A stretch of DNA of 52,142 bases from a virus: IMG/VR virus record IMGVR_UViG_3300045988_100976; one strand, 5' to 3'. Positions 1 through 6,425 of this stretch are shown here, in pieces. The translations under genes and the position numbers were made by a program. A model generated the notes under the pieces. That model searched no databases, was not told the DNA's origin, and saw nothing but the letters and a program-made list of their open reading frames with translations. Numbering within the stretch: position 1 is the first letter of the stretch; every line of letters starts with the position of its first letter.

Positions 1-55
1 ATTTTACAGGCTCAAAAACCAAAGCGGCGTTTTTGACTAATTTTACAAAATTTTC
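1..55. repeat. Terminal 55-bp direct repeat (copy 1), indicating an assembly overlap of a circular or circularly permuted molecule
   Basis: Bases 1-55 are letter-for-letter identical to 52088-52142, so the unique length is 52087 bp. Confidence 0.95.
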
Positions 56-99
56 GTGAAATTTGGGTTGGAAAATTGAAAATGATTTATACTGGTTGT

Positions 100-320
100 G
101 GCTTGTGACTGATACTGGACCCGTCCGGGTGCGCGCTGATCCTTTCGCTGATCCGCTGCGGATCTCCGGCATATTGCACAAATGCCTGATATACCGCTGC
201 GCCGGTTTGGTGTCCTGATCTTTCGCCATGCTCCGGATATGGAATCCGGGCGCACTTCTCCGGGTGTCTTTCTTGCTGATCTTGTCCGGGCGCGGTTGCA
301 GAATTTCAAGGTGCACAAAT
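100..320 (-). other. GC-rich, ORF-poor island with three degenerate ~60-bp repeat units (candidate ncRNA or iteron block)
   Basis: Hand count gives about 59 percent G+C over 121-300, against AT-rich flanks. TCCGGG(T/C)GCGC occurs at 124-134, 245-255 and 285-295, and CTGATC occurs four times. The ORFs here have no SD and are Arg-rich. Confidence 0.4.
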
Positions 321-427
321 AAAATCTATTGTGATCGAATATTTGCGCCTGTGAACGCGCAGAACGCCATCAGATCCACGCGGGCAATACAAGGCATATA
401 AATACACTTATAGATATAATTAGGGCT

Positions 428-456
428 ATAATATGCCTATATTGTCAAATTGTCAA
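428..456 (-). promoter_or_regulatory. Sigma-70-like promoter facing the GC-rich island
   Basis: On the minus strand: TTGACA (456-451), a 17-nt spacer, then TATTAT (433-428). A second TTGACA sits 8 nt downstream (448-443). Confidence 0.5.
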
Positions 457-461
457 GGTGC

Positions 462-486
462 GAAAAGAAGCCGGAGCTATCCGGCT
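462..486 (-). terminator. Intrinsic terminator of the leftward operon
   Basis: Hairpin AGCCGG/CCGGCT (469-474 / 481-486) followed on the minus strand by a T-rich run. Confidence 0.7.
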
Positions 487-652
487 ATTGCTTTTCATAT
501 TCTTGTATTGATTCATCAACGCGATCAAATGCGCGCATGATGTCCGCGTTTGCTTTGCTTCCGCTTATTTCTCCACGCTTCAAAGCATCCAAGGATGCTA
601 TAATATCCTTGTATTGCTTGTTTGCTTCTTTTAGCAATTTATCGCATTTCAT
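485..652 (-). CDS. Hypothetical small protein (55 aa, MKCDKLLKEANKQYKD...)
   Basis: The ORF is below the track cutoff. ATG at 652-650 is preceded by an AGGGGG SD, the stop TAG is at 487-485, and a terminator follows. Confidence 0.6.
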   Translation of the reverse strand: MKCDKLLKEANKQYKDIIASLDALKRGEISGSKANADIMRAFDRVDESIQEYEKQ

Positions 653-697
653 AATAAAACCCCCTTTATTTTAATATAATACGCCCCAAAAAGCGAA

Positions 698-742
698 AAC
701 AACCGCCCGGAATCGAACCGGGCGCAATGCTCCAAGGTTGTT
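698..742 (-). other. tRNA top-half mimic (acceptor-like stem plus T-arm with GGTTCGATTCC) that also acts as an intergenic hairpin
   Basis: Minus strand reads AACAAC(C)-11-nt linker-CGCCCGG TTCGATT CCGGGCG-GTTGTT, followed by a T-rich tail. Confidence 0.5.
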
Positions 743-745
743 AGA

Positions 746-1009
746 TTAAATACAGCAAAAATCGCCTTGCCATCCGGTCAAAATGATTGTTTTTCCGTCT
801 GATCTGCGATAAACAACCCCCACACCGTCCGCATACGTTGACCATACAAGCCACCCCGGCGGCGTGATCGGTTCGCCTGTTTTGCCGTCGCGCCATGCAT
901 AGCACGGAGAAATTCCGGCTTTCTCCTGTCTTTCTGCTTCGTGGAATGCGTCCGCTTCTGTAATTACTTTGTTTCCATTTTTCAAGTGCAATATAAAAGA
1001 TCTTTTCAT
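746..1009 (-). CDS. Hypothetical protein (87 aa)
   Basis: ORF-track frame 746..1024. The internal ATG at 1009 is preceded by a GGAGG SD. Confidence 0.7.
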   Translation of the reverse strand: MKRSFILHLKNGNKVITEADAFHEAERQEKAGISPCYAWRDGKTGEPITPPGWLVWSTYADGVGVVYRRSDGKTIILTGWQGDFCCI

Positions 1010-1049
1010 TTTCCACGCCTCCATATTTTCAATTATTTCCTTCCGGGAA

Positions 1050-1095
1050 AAACCGCCGCCGGTAGTGATCCGGCGTGCATCCTCTGCGGCGGTTT
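1050..1095 (-). other. tRNA top-half-like intergenic element (7-bp outer stem, 13-nt linker, 6-bp stem with 7-nt loop)
   Basis: Minus strand reads AAACCGC-linker-CGCCGG ATCACTA CCGGCG-GCGGTTT then TT. The architecture matches 698-742 and 1354-1394, but the loop is not a T-loop consensus. Confidence 0.4.
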
Positions 1096-1098
1096 CGA

Positions 1099-1314
1099 CT
1101 ATTTTTTTGAATAAAATTCTTTTGATGCATCATTTGCCCAATTCGGCATAATGTTCTCAAAATCTGCGCCATAGATAAATTTTAATGTTTCGCAAAAAGC
1201 TTCATATCGAGCTTTTTCAGTGCTTTCAAAAATGCTTTTTTCAAACGAATCCTTTTCTAAACAATCCATGTATAAATCTTTGTAGTATTCTTTACATTCA
1301 CTTAAATTTTTCAT
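1099..1314 (-). CDS. Hypothetical acidic small protein (71 aa)
   Basis: Full ORF with an AGAGAGG SD upstream of ATG 1314. Confidence 0.7.
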   Translation of the reverse strand: MKNLSECKEYYKDLYMDCLEKDSFEKSIFESTEKARYEAFCETLKFIYGADFENIMPNWANDASKEFYSKK

Positions 1315-1353
1315 GTTGTTTACCTCTCTTTTATTTATTCCCTTCCGGGTAAA

Positions 1354-1394
1354 AGCAAGCCGGGGAATTGAACCCCGGAAGCACCGACCTTGCT
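1354..1394 (-). other. tRNA top-half mimic (acceptor-like stem plus T-arm with GGTTCAATTCC)
   Basis: Minus strand reads AGCAAG-10-nt linker-CCGGGG TTCAATT CCCCGG-CTTGCT then TTTT. The 6+6 bp of coaxial stems match the 12 bp of a tRNA minihelix. Confidence 0.5.
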
Positions 1395-1396
1395 AA

Positions 1397-1729
1397 TTAT
1401 TTGCTTGCTAAAATCTCCCTTGCTAATAAATCCCAGTAAAGGCTATCGCCGCGCTTGTCAAGCCACTTTTCGGCTTCTTCTGTGCTTTCGTCTAACCATT
1501 CAGCCATAAGCTGGATAATATCATAATAACTATAATCAACGCCAACGCCCAAACCTCTCAGCCATTCTATGCAGGCGTTACGCTCTCCAAGTCTTGCAAT
1601 CGCCCAGCCGTATTCACTTACAAACTTTTCCTTAATGTCCTTAATTGTGATAAGCTCTTCACTCTGTGCAACCTCTGCCAAATAATTTCTAACCGCTACT
1701 TTAACTTCCTTGCTGTTTGTTCTTCTCAT
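1397..1729 (-). CDS. Hypothetical protein (110 aa)
   Basis: Full ORF in the same leftward operon. No motif recognised. Confidence 0.75.
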   Translation of the reverse strand: MRRTNSKEVKVAVRNYLAEVAQSEELITIKDIKEKFVSEYGWAIARLGERNACIEWLRGLGVGVDYSYYDIIQLMAEWLDESTEEAEKWLDKRGDSLYWDLLAREILASK

Positions 1730-1877
1730 TTCTTTTTACCTGTGCTATAATATAGCTACCTTTCTTTTTTGATTGGTGGCGGCGTGTGCTTGGTAGGCGT
1801 GCCGCCTTTTTTAGTCTGCCATCATCAGAGCCGGGAGACCATCCCACGGCTGACGCTCCAAGGTCGGAGCGTTTCGG

Positions 1878-1991
1878 CTATGCTTCTTTTACTATGAAAT
1901 CCTTTTCAGCTCTGCGCGCCTGCGCTGGTGTCATTGCTACAACTCCTATAATTGCCTTTGTTGCCTTGTCTGTGATTTTGTAATTTTTCAT
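1878..1991 (-). CDS. Hypothetical miniprotein (37 aa, MKNYKITDKATKAIIGVVAMTPAQARRAEKDFIVKEA)
   Basis: ATG at 1991-1989 is preceded by GGAAGGA. It is the first gene downstream of the leftward promoter and is below the track cutoff. Confidence 0.5.
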   Translation of the reverse strand: MKNYKITDKATKAIIGVVAMTPAQARRAEKDFIVKEA

Positions 1992-2039
1992 ATTTGATTC
2001 CTTCCTTTCGTTTGGTGCTTGGTTTCTTAACTTGGTTTT

Positions 2040-2068
2040 ACTATATCACTTTCAAAAGTGATAGTCAA
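2040..2068 (-). promoter_or_regulatory. Leftward promoter
   Basis: Minus strand: TTGACT (2068-2063), a 17-nt spacer, then TATAGT (2045-2040). The spacer is occupied by the 2044-2063 palindrome. Confidence 0.65.
2044..2063. promoter_or_regulatory. Operator palindrome TATCACTTT-ca-AAAGTGATA
   Basis: Perfect 9-bp inverted arms with a 2-bp spacer, lying inside the leftward promoter spacer. Confidence 0.7.
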
Positions 2069-2102
2069 GCGTTTTTATAACTTTTTTTAGTTATATTTTT
2101 TC

Positions 2103-2131
2103 TTGACTTTTTCGCCACCATATTATAATAT
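2103..2131 (+). promoter_or_regulatory. Rightward promoter for the HTH gene
   Basis: TTGACT at 2103-2108, with TATAAT at 2124-2129 (15-nt spacer) or TAATAT at 2126-2131 (17-nt spacer). Confidence 0.6.
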
Positions 2132-2168
2132 AGAAAACAAGCAAATAATTGCGTAAGGAGGTTATAAG

Positions 2169-2405
2169 ATGCTAAAATATAAATTTAATGTAGGCGATGC
2201 GCTAGATCGTGCCGGATTTACTTCATATAAGGCAAAAACAAGCGGTATACTAAGTCAAGACACGCTAAAGAAGATCAAGAAGGAAGATACAAACATATCA
2301 CTAAAGGCGATCAATAGCTTGTGCATGATCTTAGACATGCAGCCGAAAGATCTACTTGTATATGAAGAGACAGACACAGAGAAAGAGCAGAAAGAAAAAT
2401 TATAA
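2169..2405 (+). CDS. Small Xre/Cro-type helix-turn-helix regulator (78 aa)
   Basis: The segment ...ILSQDTLKKIKKEDTNISLKAINSLCMILDMQPKDLL... fits the HTH_XRE pattern. AAGGAGG SD is present and operator palindromes flank the gene. Confidence 0.75.
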   Translation: MLKYKFNVGDALDRAGFTSYKAKTSGILSQDTLKKIKKEDTNISLKAINSLCMILDMQPKDLLVYEETDTEKEQKEKL

Positions 2406-2416
2406 CTTTTTAAAAA

Positions 2417-2450
2417 ATCACTTGCAAAAGTGATAAAAACGTAGTATCAT
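2417..2450 (+). promoter_or_regulatory. Second operator (ATCACTT-gcaa-AAGTGAT) overlapping a promoter
   Basis: TTGCAA at 2422-2427, a 17-nt spacer, then TATCAT at 2445-2450. The inverted half-sites at 2417-2434 share the ATCACTT/AAGTGAT core with 2044-2063. Confidence 0.6.
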
Positions 2451-2498
2451 AGGTTTAACAAATAAAGAAAGGGCAGCCAAGGCTGTAGGGTGGTTAAT

Positions 2499-2777
2499 AT
2501 GACAAAAGGATATGTAAAAGATTTTTTCGGAAATGATACCGAAATGAGAAGCTGGGTTTTTGGTAACGGAATTGAAGTGTATGAAAAGGATTTTGACAAT
2601 AATTTACATTGCTTTGACGTTTACAACGGAGAAGAAAAGCTCGGAACGATTTACCCGGACAATATCGGCGATATGGAGAGCTGCATAGAATTGTTAAACG
2701 CTGGAGAAGACCCAATAAGCGGACACTGGGAAGATGGTTGCGGAAATTTATGTACACTGCAAGGATGGGGGGAATGA
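2499..2777 (+). CDS. Hypothetical acidic protein (92 aa)
   Basis: ATG 2499 lies after an AGGGTGG SD and directly downstream of the operator-controlled promoter. Confidence 0.7.
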   Translation: MTKGYVKDFFGNDTEMRSWVFGNGIEVYEKDFDNNLHCFDVYNGEEKLGTIYPDNIGDMESCIELLNAGEDPISGHWEDGCGNLCTLQGWGE

Positions 2778-3436
2778 TGATGATATGGGGTAAATTGCTT
2801 GAAACATACGAAAATTGTAATGATATAGTAAGGGTGGCGCATGTTGCGCTGCCTTTATCTGTTGGCGTGTTACTTGATCCGCTGGGAAAATTATTGCTTA
2901 TACAAAAATTTGAAAAAAAGGAATGGGCAGAATCGCCTTGTACTGTTAAATCCGAAACACGGACAAGCAACATATGCCCGCATATCTTAAACGACAAATA
3001 CACGTATATAGGCAGCAAAGATAAAGAAAAGCACGGTAAATATATGGATCAGCTAAGACAATACGCGAAAAATAGCAATCACTTATACCCATTTGCCGTA
3101 TATAAATATTTGTCTGAAAATGATATTGACAAGGATTTGATCGAAAATGACATACAGATAGGTGACGGTGATTATATTGGTTTTGCAGTCTATAAAACGG
3201 AATATGATCCGAAAGAGTGGACGGAATATTATGTAAACACTTTGCCTAAAAATGGTTTATGCTCTGTAACTATGCAAGAGGATTACATACCGGAAGCATA
3301 CCCGGCTAAAATTATGAGTGTAACAGACAAATCAAAAATATTTGCTAAAGGTTCCGACGTCGGATATATTGCATCCCAAAAAATTATACATACGATGCAG
3401 TATCTTAACTGGTACAAAGCAGCAAAAAATATATAA
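2774..3436 (+). CDS. Hypothetical protein (~220 aa; start is 2774, 2777 or 2780)
   Basis: Three consecutive ATGs follow a GGGGGG SD and overlap the upstream stop. No motif recognised. Confidence 0.7.
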   Translation: MMMIWGKLLETYENCNDIVRVAHVALPLSVGVLLDPLGKLLLIQKFEKKEWAESPCTVKSETRTSNICPHILNDKYTYIGSKDKEKHGKYMDQLRQYAKNSNHLYPFAVYKYLSENDIDKDLIENDIQIGDGDYIGFAVYKTEYDPKEWTEYYVNTLPKNGLCSVTMQEDYIPEAYPAKIMSVTDKSKIFAKGSDVGYIASQKIIHTMQYLNWYKAAKNI

Positions 3437-3442
3437 AATTAG

Positions 3443-3467
3443 CCCCGGCTGAAAAGCTGGGGTTTTT
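3443..3467 (+). terminator. Intrinsic terminator
   Basis: Hairpin CCCCGGC/GCTGGGG followed by TTTTT. Confidence 0.7.
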
Positions 3468-3555
3468 CTTTGGTTGCCAAGTGGTTAACAAGACGGCGAA
3501 AAAACAAGGTTGCCAAAACAGCTACAAGCCGCGTAAATACTGACTTTTGACAAAT

Positions 3556-3628
3556 GTATACATTCTGTATCCATAGTGTATACATAGTGTATCCATACCG
3601 TATACATACCGTATCCATACCGTATACG
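3556..3628. repeat. About 3.4 tandem copies of a 22-bp iteron (GTATACATAnnGTATCCATAnn)
   Basis: GTATACA begins at 3556, 3578, 3600 and 3622, an exact 22-bp period. Confidence 0.9.
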
Positions 3629-3705
3629 CAAAGAAAAAAGAGAAAAAGAAAGCAGAAAGAAAAGAACCAAAAGAAAGAGTAAAGAATAAAGATAAATAAA
3701 GAAAC
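3629..3705 (+). repeat. Polypurine (A/G) tract of ~75 nt
   Basis: The top strand is almost exclusively A and G. Confidence 0.85.
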
Positions 3706-3830
3706 ACGATATATATATAATATAAATATAATTTTATATTTTTATTTATATATTTTATCAAGGCATATATTATATATAAATATATATACTATATCGCGCG
3801 CGGATATATATTATATAGGCGGTATATGTG
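3706..3830. repeat. Extreme AT-rich (TA)n-like block with a central CGCGCGCGG island
   Basis: Runs of TATATA surround CGCGCGCGG (~3796-3804), which looks like a DNA-unwinding element. Confidence 0.8.
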
Positions 3831-3847
3831 TAGCATAAATAAATCTA

Positions 3848-3876
3848 TTGACAAGGTATATATGCCTGTGATATGG
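3848..3876 (+). promoter_or_regulatory. Candidate promoter for the packaging/late genes
   Basis: TTGACA at 3848-3853 with a TGTGATATGG region 17 nt downstream. The -10 is imperfect. Confidence 0.4.
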
Positions 3877-3997
3877 TTTATTCAACAACAAAAGCCGAAT
3901 CACTCAGGAAACGCCCCGGAGCCGTGGGAGGGGATCAACGCCCGTTTATGTGATAGGCAGCGGAGCAAGGACGGCGAACAGATCAGCGATACACGCT

Positions 3998-4046
3998 CAC
4001 AAGGGAAAGGCAATCAAGACCTTTTATACCCTTGTGGGCGTTTTTT
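3998..4046 (+). terminator. Intrinsic terminator at the end of a ~190-nt GC-rich leader, just upstream of the terS-like start
   Basis: 8-bp stem CACAAGGG/CCCTTGTG (3998-4005 / 4029-4036), then GGCG and TTTTTT (4041-4046). Confidence 0.65.
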
Positions 4047-4079
4047 AGTACCCTAAACGATCAGAAAGGAGCGCGGAGC

Positions 4080-4727
4080 ATGGAAAAAATGGAAGCGGCA
4101 GAAGATACACAGGAAGTTTTTGAAAATGATATAGCTATGTATCTGCGGATCTTTTGCGAGGAACAAGAGATAGAGGACATGCGCGCCGCGTCTCAATCCG
4201 TATATAATGCATGTCTTAGATATATACAACGTCATGTATTTAAAGATAAAGACATATTAAAGGATAAGAGCAATGTATATAATATAAATAACAGCATCAT
4301 GAGTAACTATAACAGATACAATTATGATCTGTTAAATGATATATGTGACTATTATATATATATATCTATGTTGTATGATAAAGAAGTATCTATAATGGGT
4401 TTTTGTAATCTAACAGGGATAGATAAAGATACTGTTACAACATGGAGTAAACCGGACAGATTAAGTCCGTTGAGCATGAGCATATACAAAAAACTTTGTG
4501 AAAATAGAGAGGAATCTTTGTCAAATAAACTCGTGACTGGAAACAAGAACCCTGTTGGCGTGATAGCTGTACTCAATAGACAATTCGGTTGGGCATCGCC
4601 GTACACCAGTGACAGCAACCGTCAAAAGCAACCGCTAACAGCCGCAGAGCTGCCAAAGTTAGCGCCATCTAATTGCGCGGAAATCACAGACAAATCGGCA
4701 TCAGATCAGCCGGAAGGAGTTGTTTGA
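4080..4727 (+). CDS. Putative terminase small subunit
   Basis: ATG 4080 follows an AAAGGAG SD. The central segment GFCNLTGIDKDTVTTW is HTH-like, and the C-terminal NPVGVIAVLNRQFGW resembles the Terminase_2 signature. The call also rests on its position at the head of the late region. Confidence 0.5.
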   Translation: MEKMEAAEDTQEVFENDIAMYLRIFCEEQEIEDMRAASQSVYNACLRYIQRHVFKDKDILKDKSNVYNINNSIMSNYNRYNYDLLNDICDYYIYISMLYDKEVSIMGFCNLTGIDKDTVTTWSKPDRLSPLSMSIYKKLCENREESLSNKLVTGNKNPVGVIAVLNRQFGWASPYTSDSNRQKQPLTAAELPKLAPSNCAEITDKSASDQPEGVV

Positions 4728-5016
4728 AATTGTGCATATTTTCAAACAATTAGAAAAGCCAGTGTTTATGCGGCTTTCGGAGATTTTAAGAGGTTTTAAC
4801 TATTCGACAAAGATTTATTTATCGAATAGTACGAAACAATAAAAGAATATTTTGGAAAAATATATACAATTTAGAAACAATTTAAAAGCAAGAGAAGAGC
4901 GGCGGAAAGGTTCCGACTGACAGGGGGCGTGGGGGTCTAACAAAAAAACGGATCAGACCCCTACTAAGTCCCTAAAATATCCTTAAAAACAAAAAGACCT
5001 TATGGAGATAACAGAC

Positions 5017-5130
5017 ATGAACCTAGTAGACCTGATAATGATATTATTAAATATAACAAGCATCATACTCCTTGTACTGGTAGTAATAGAGTATAGAAAG
5101 ATGATAGAGGTAATAGAAAATGACGAATAG
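5017..5130 (+). CDS. Hypothetical single-pass membrane miniprotein (37 aa)
   Basis: GGAG SD lies 9 nt upstream. The core LIMILLNITSIILLVLVVI is hydrophobic. The ORF overlaps the next start. Confidence 0.4.
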   Translation: MNLVDLIMILLNITSIILLVLVVIEYRKMIEVIENDE

Positions 5131-5539
5131 AGAACACTACAGGGAACAGATAATTGATATCTGCTCTAAAGGTAAAAGACCTATAGTTGACTCTGGCAGG
5201 CTGGCAAGTTGCAGTAGGCATGATTGCAGTGGATGTCATAACTGGTATAAATCGCAGAATTTTTTCGGTACGGGTTTTTCATGCAGAGCGCAGGAGAATT
5301 TCACGAAATGGCTGGAACAGGAATATGAGCCGGCGGTCGACTGGTCGAAAGTGCCAGTAGATACCCCAATACTTGTTAAAGACGAGCGCAGCAGTGACAA
5401 ATGGTTTGAAAGACACTTTGCATATTATCATGATGGGAAAGTTTGCGCATGGAAAAACGGGAGAACAAGCTATACGACGCAACAAGATCCGCCAAGTGTA
5501 TGGCAATATGCAAAATTATACGAACAGGAGACGAAGTAA
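5120..5539 (+). CDS. Hypothetical Cys-containing protein (139 aa)
   Basis: Full ORF, tightly coupled to the MazG-like gene. Confidence 0.7.
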   Translation: MTNREHYREQIIDICSKGKRPIVDSGRLASCSRHDCSGCHNWYKSQNFFGTGFSCRAQENFTKWLEQEYEPAVDWSKVPVDTPILVKDERSSDKWFERHFAYYHDGKVCAWKNGRTSYTTQQDPPSVWQYAKLYEQETK

Positions 5540-5872
5540 ATGACAGGACATGAATACCAATTACTAGCTGCTAGGACGATCAATAAGGATCTGACAAATA
5601 AAGGCTGCGAAATGCACGCGCTGCACGGCATGGTTGGAGAAATCGGAGAACTACACAGCCTATACCAAAAGAAATACCAAGGTCATGAGTTTGACAAGCA
5701 TCACGCTATGAGTGAAATCTCCGATCTGCTTTGGTTCATTGCAGAGTATTGTTCGACAGTCGGACTGAACCTTGATGATGTGATGCAGTACAACATCGAT
5801 AAGCTGATTGCAAGATACCCGGATGGATTTTCGGAAGAAAAATCACTGCACAGGTCGGAGGGGGATATCTGA
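5540..5872 (+). CDS. mazG: MazG-like nucleotide pyrophosphohydrolase
   Basis: The pattern YQ..A.RT...GMVGEIGE...E(I)SD(L)LWF...L..V...N..KL..R is typical of the all-alpha NTP-PPase (MazG) fold. Confidence 0.8.
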   Translation: MTGHEYQLLAARTINKDLTNKGCEMHALHGMVGEIGELHSLYQKKYQGHEFDKHHAMSEISDLLWFIAEYCSTVGLNLDDVMQYNIDKLIARYPDGFSEEKSLHRSEGDI

Positions 5873-6045
5873 TGTACTTTGATGATACAGACAATGGACT
5901 TGGAAATAAGAGAAAGCGTTGCGCGAATTGCAGATATGGAGAATACGACAAAACGCAAGGATATGTATGCTGCAACGATTCAAGCGAATATGTAGCAGAT
6001 TTTGTGGAATATAATTTCTGTTGTGTGGACTACGAGGAAAAGTAA
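5872..6045 (+). CDS. Cys-rich miniprotein (57 aa)
   Basis: GGAGGGGG SD. The ATG overlaps the upstream TGA. Contains CANC...CC...CC motifs. Confidence 0.55.
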   Translation: MYFDDTDNGLGNKRKRCANCRYGEYDKTQGYVCCNDSSEYVADFVEYNFCCVDYEEK

Positions 6046-6212
6046 TGGAAATAGCGGGAAAACAGATAAATGATGAATGTACAAAATGTGCGGAACTGCT
6101 GCAATGTGAATTATTTAAGCAAGGACATGGCATAAGGCGGCCGAGATCAAATATCCGGCAGATGCTTGAATGTCAGATGAAGCATAGAGAAAAGGCAGGT
6201 GGTGCAGAATGA
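6045..6212 (+). CDS. Hypothetical miniprotein (55 aa)
   Basis: TAATG stop/start overlap with the preceding ORF. Confidence 0.45.
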   Translation: MEIAGKQINDECTKCAELLQCELFKQGHGIRRPRSNIRQMLECQMKHREKAGGAE

Positions 6213-6339
6213 AAGAGATTGCGAGAAGCCCTAAAAGGGCGGTCTGAAAGGAAAGGTTTTGTTTTATATCACAGAGTAACTAATAACACACATAATATAG
6301 CATTTTACCCCATAGGGCTTGAAATACAGCCCTATACAA

Positions 6340-6425
6340 CGAGACATGGTGTAAACGGAAAACATTGGCAGCCTTAACCCCCTCAAACCCTCTGTCAGAT
6401 GTCGGTTCGATTCCGGCTGTCTCGA
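6340..6425 (+). ncRNA. tRNA-like element (86 nt) with a 20-nt G-less, C-rich loop in place of the anticodon loop
   Basis: It has a perfect 7-bp acceptor (CGAGACA/TGTCTCG), a D-arm and a T-arm (GTCGG TTCGATT CCGGC). The anticodon-position stem GGCAG/CTGTC closes the loop CCTTAACCCCCTCAAACCCT. Confidence 0.55.

Noticed and set aside
43-318. The 91-aa minus-strand ORF, and a 76-aa minus ORF starting at 229, in the GC-rich island
   Set aside because: Neither has a usable SD: the first starts at TTG, and the second has GGAG only 1 nt from its ATG. Both are Arg/Ser/Gly-rich and low in complexity, and they overlap each other. The region looks non-coding.
450-674. The 74-aa plus-strand ORF
   Set aside because: It is antisense to the better-supported minus-strand CDS 485..652, which has a strong SD and a terminator. 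It has no SD of its own.
3556-3628. A possible CRISPR array
   Set aside because: The 22-bp repeats are directly contiguous with no spacers, and there are only about 3.4 copies. No cas genes are present in the genome.
3485-3761. Minus-strand ORFs 3485..3670 and 3522..3761
   Set aside because: They are translations of the iteron and polypurine repeats (poly-F/L/S/Y low complexity), not genes.
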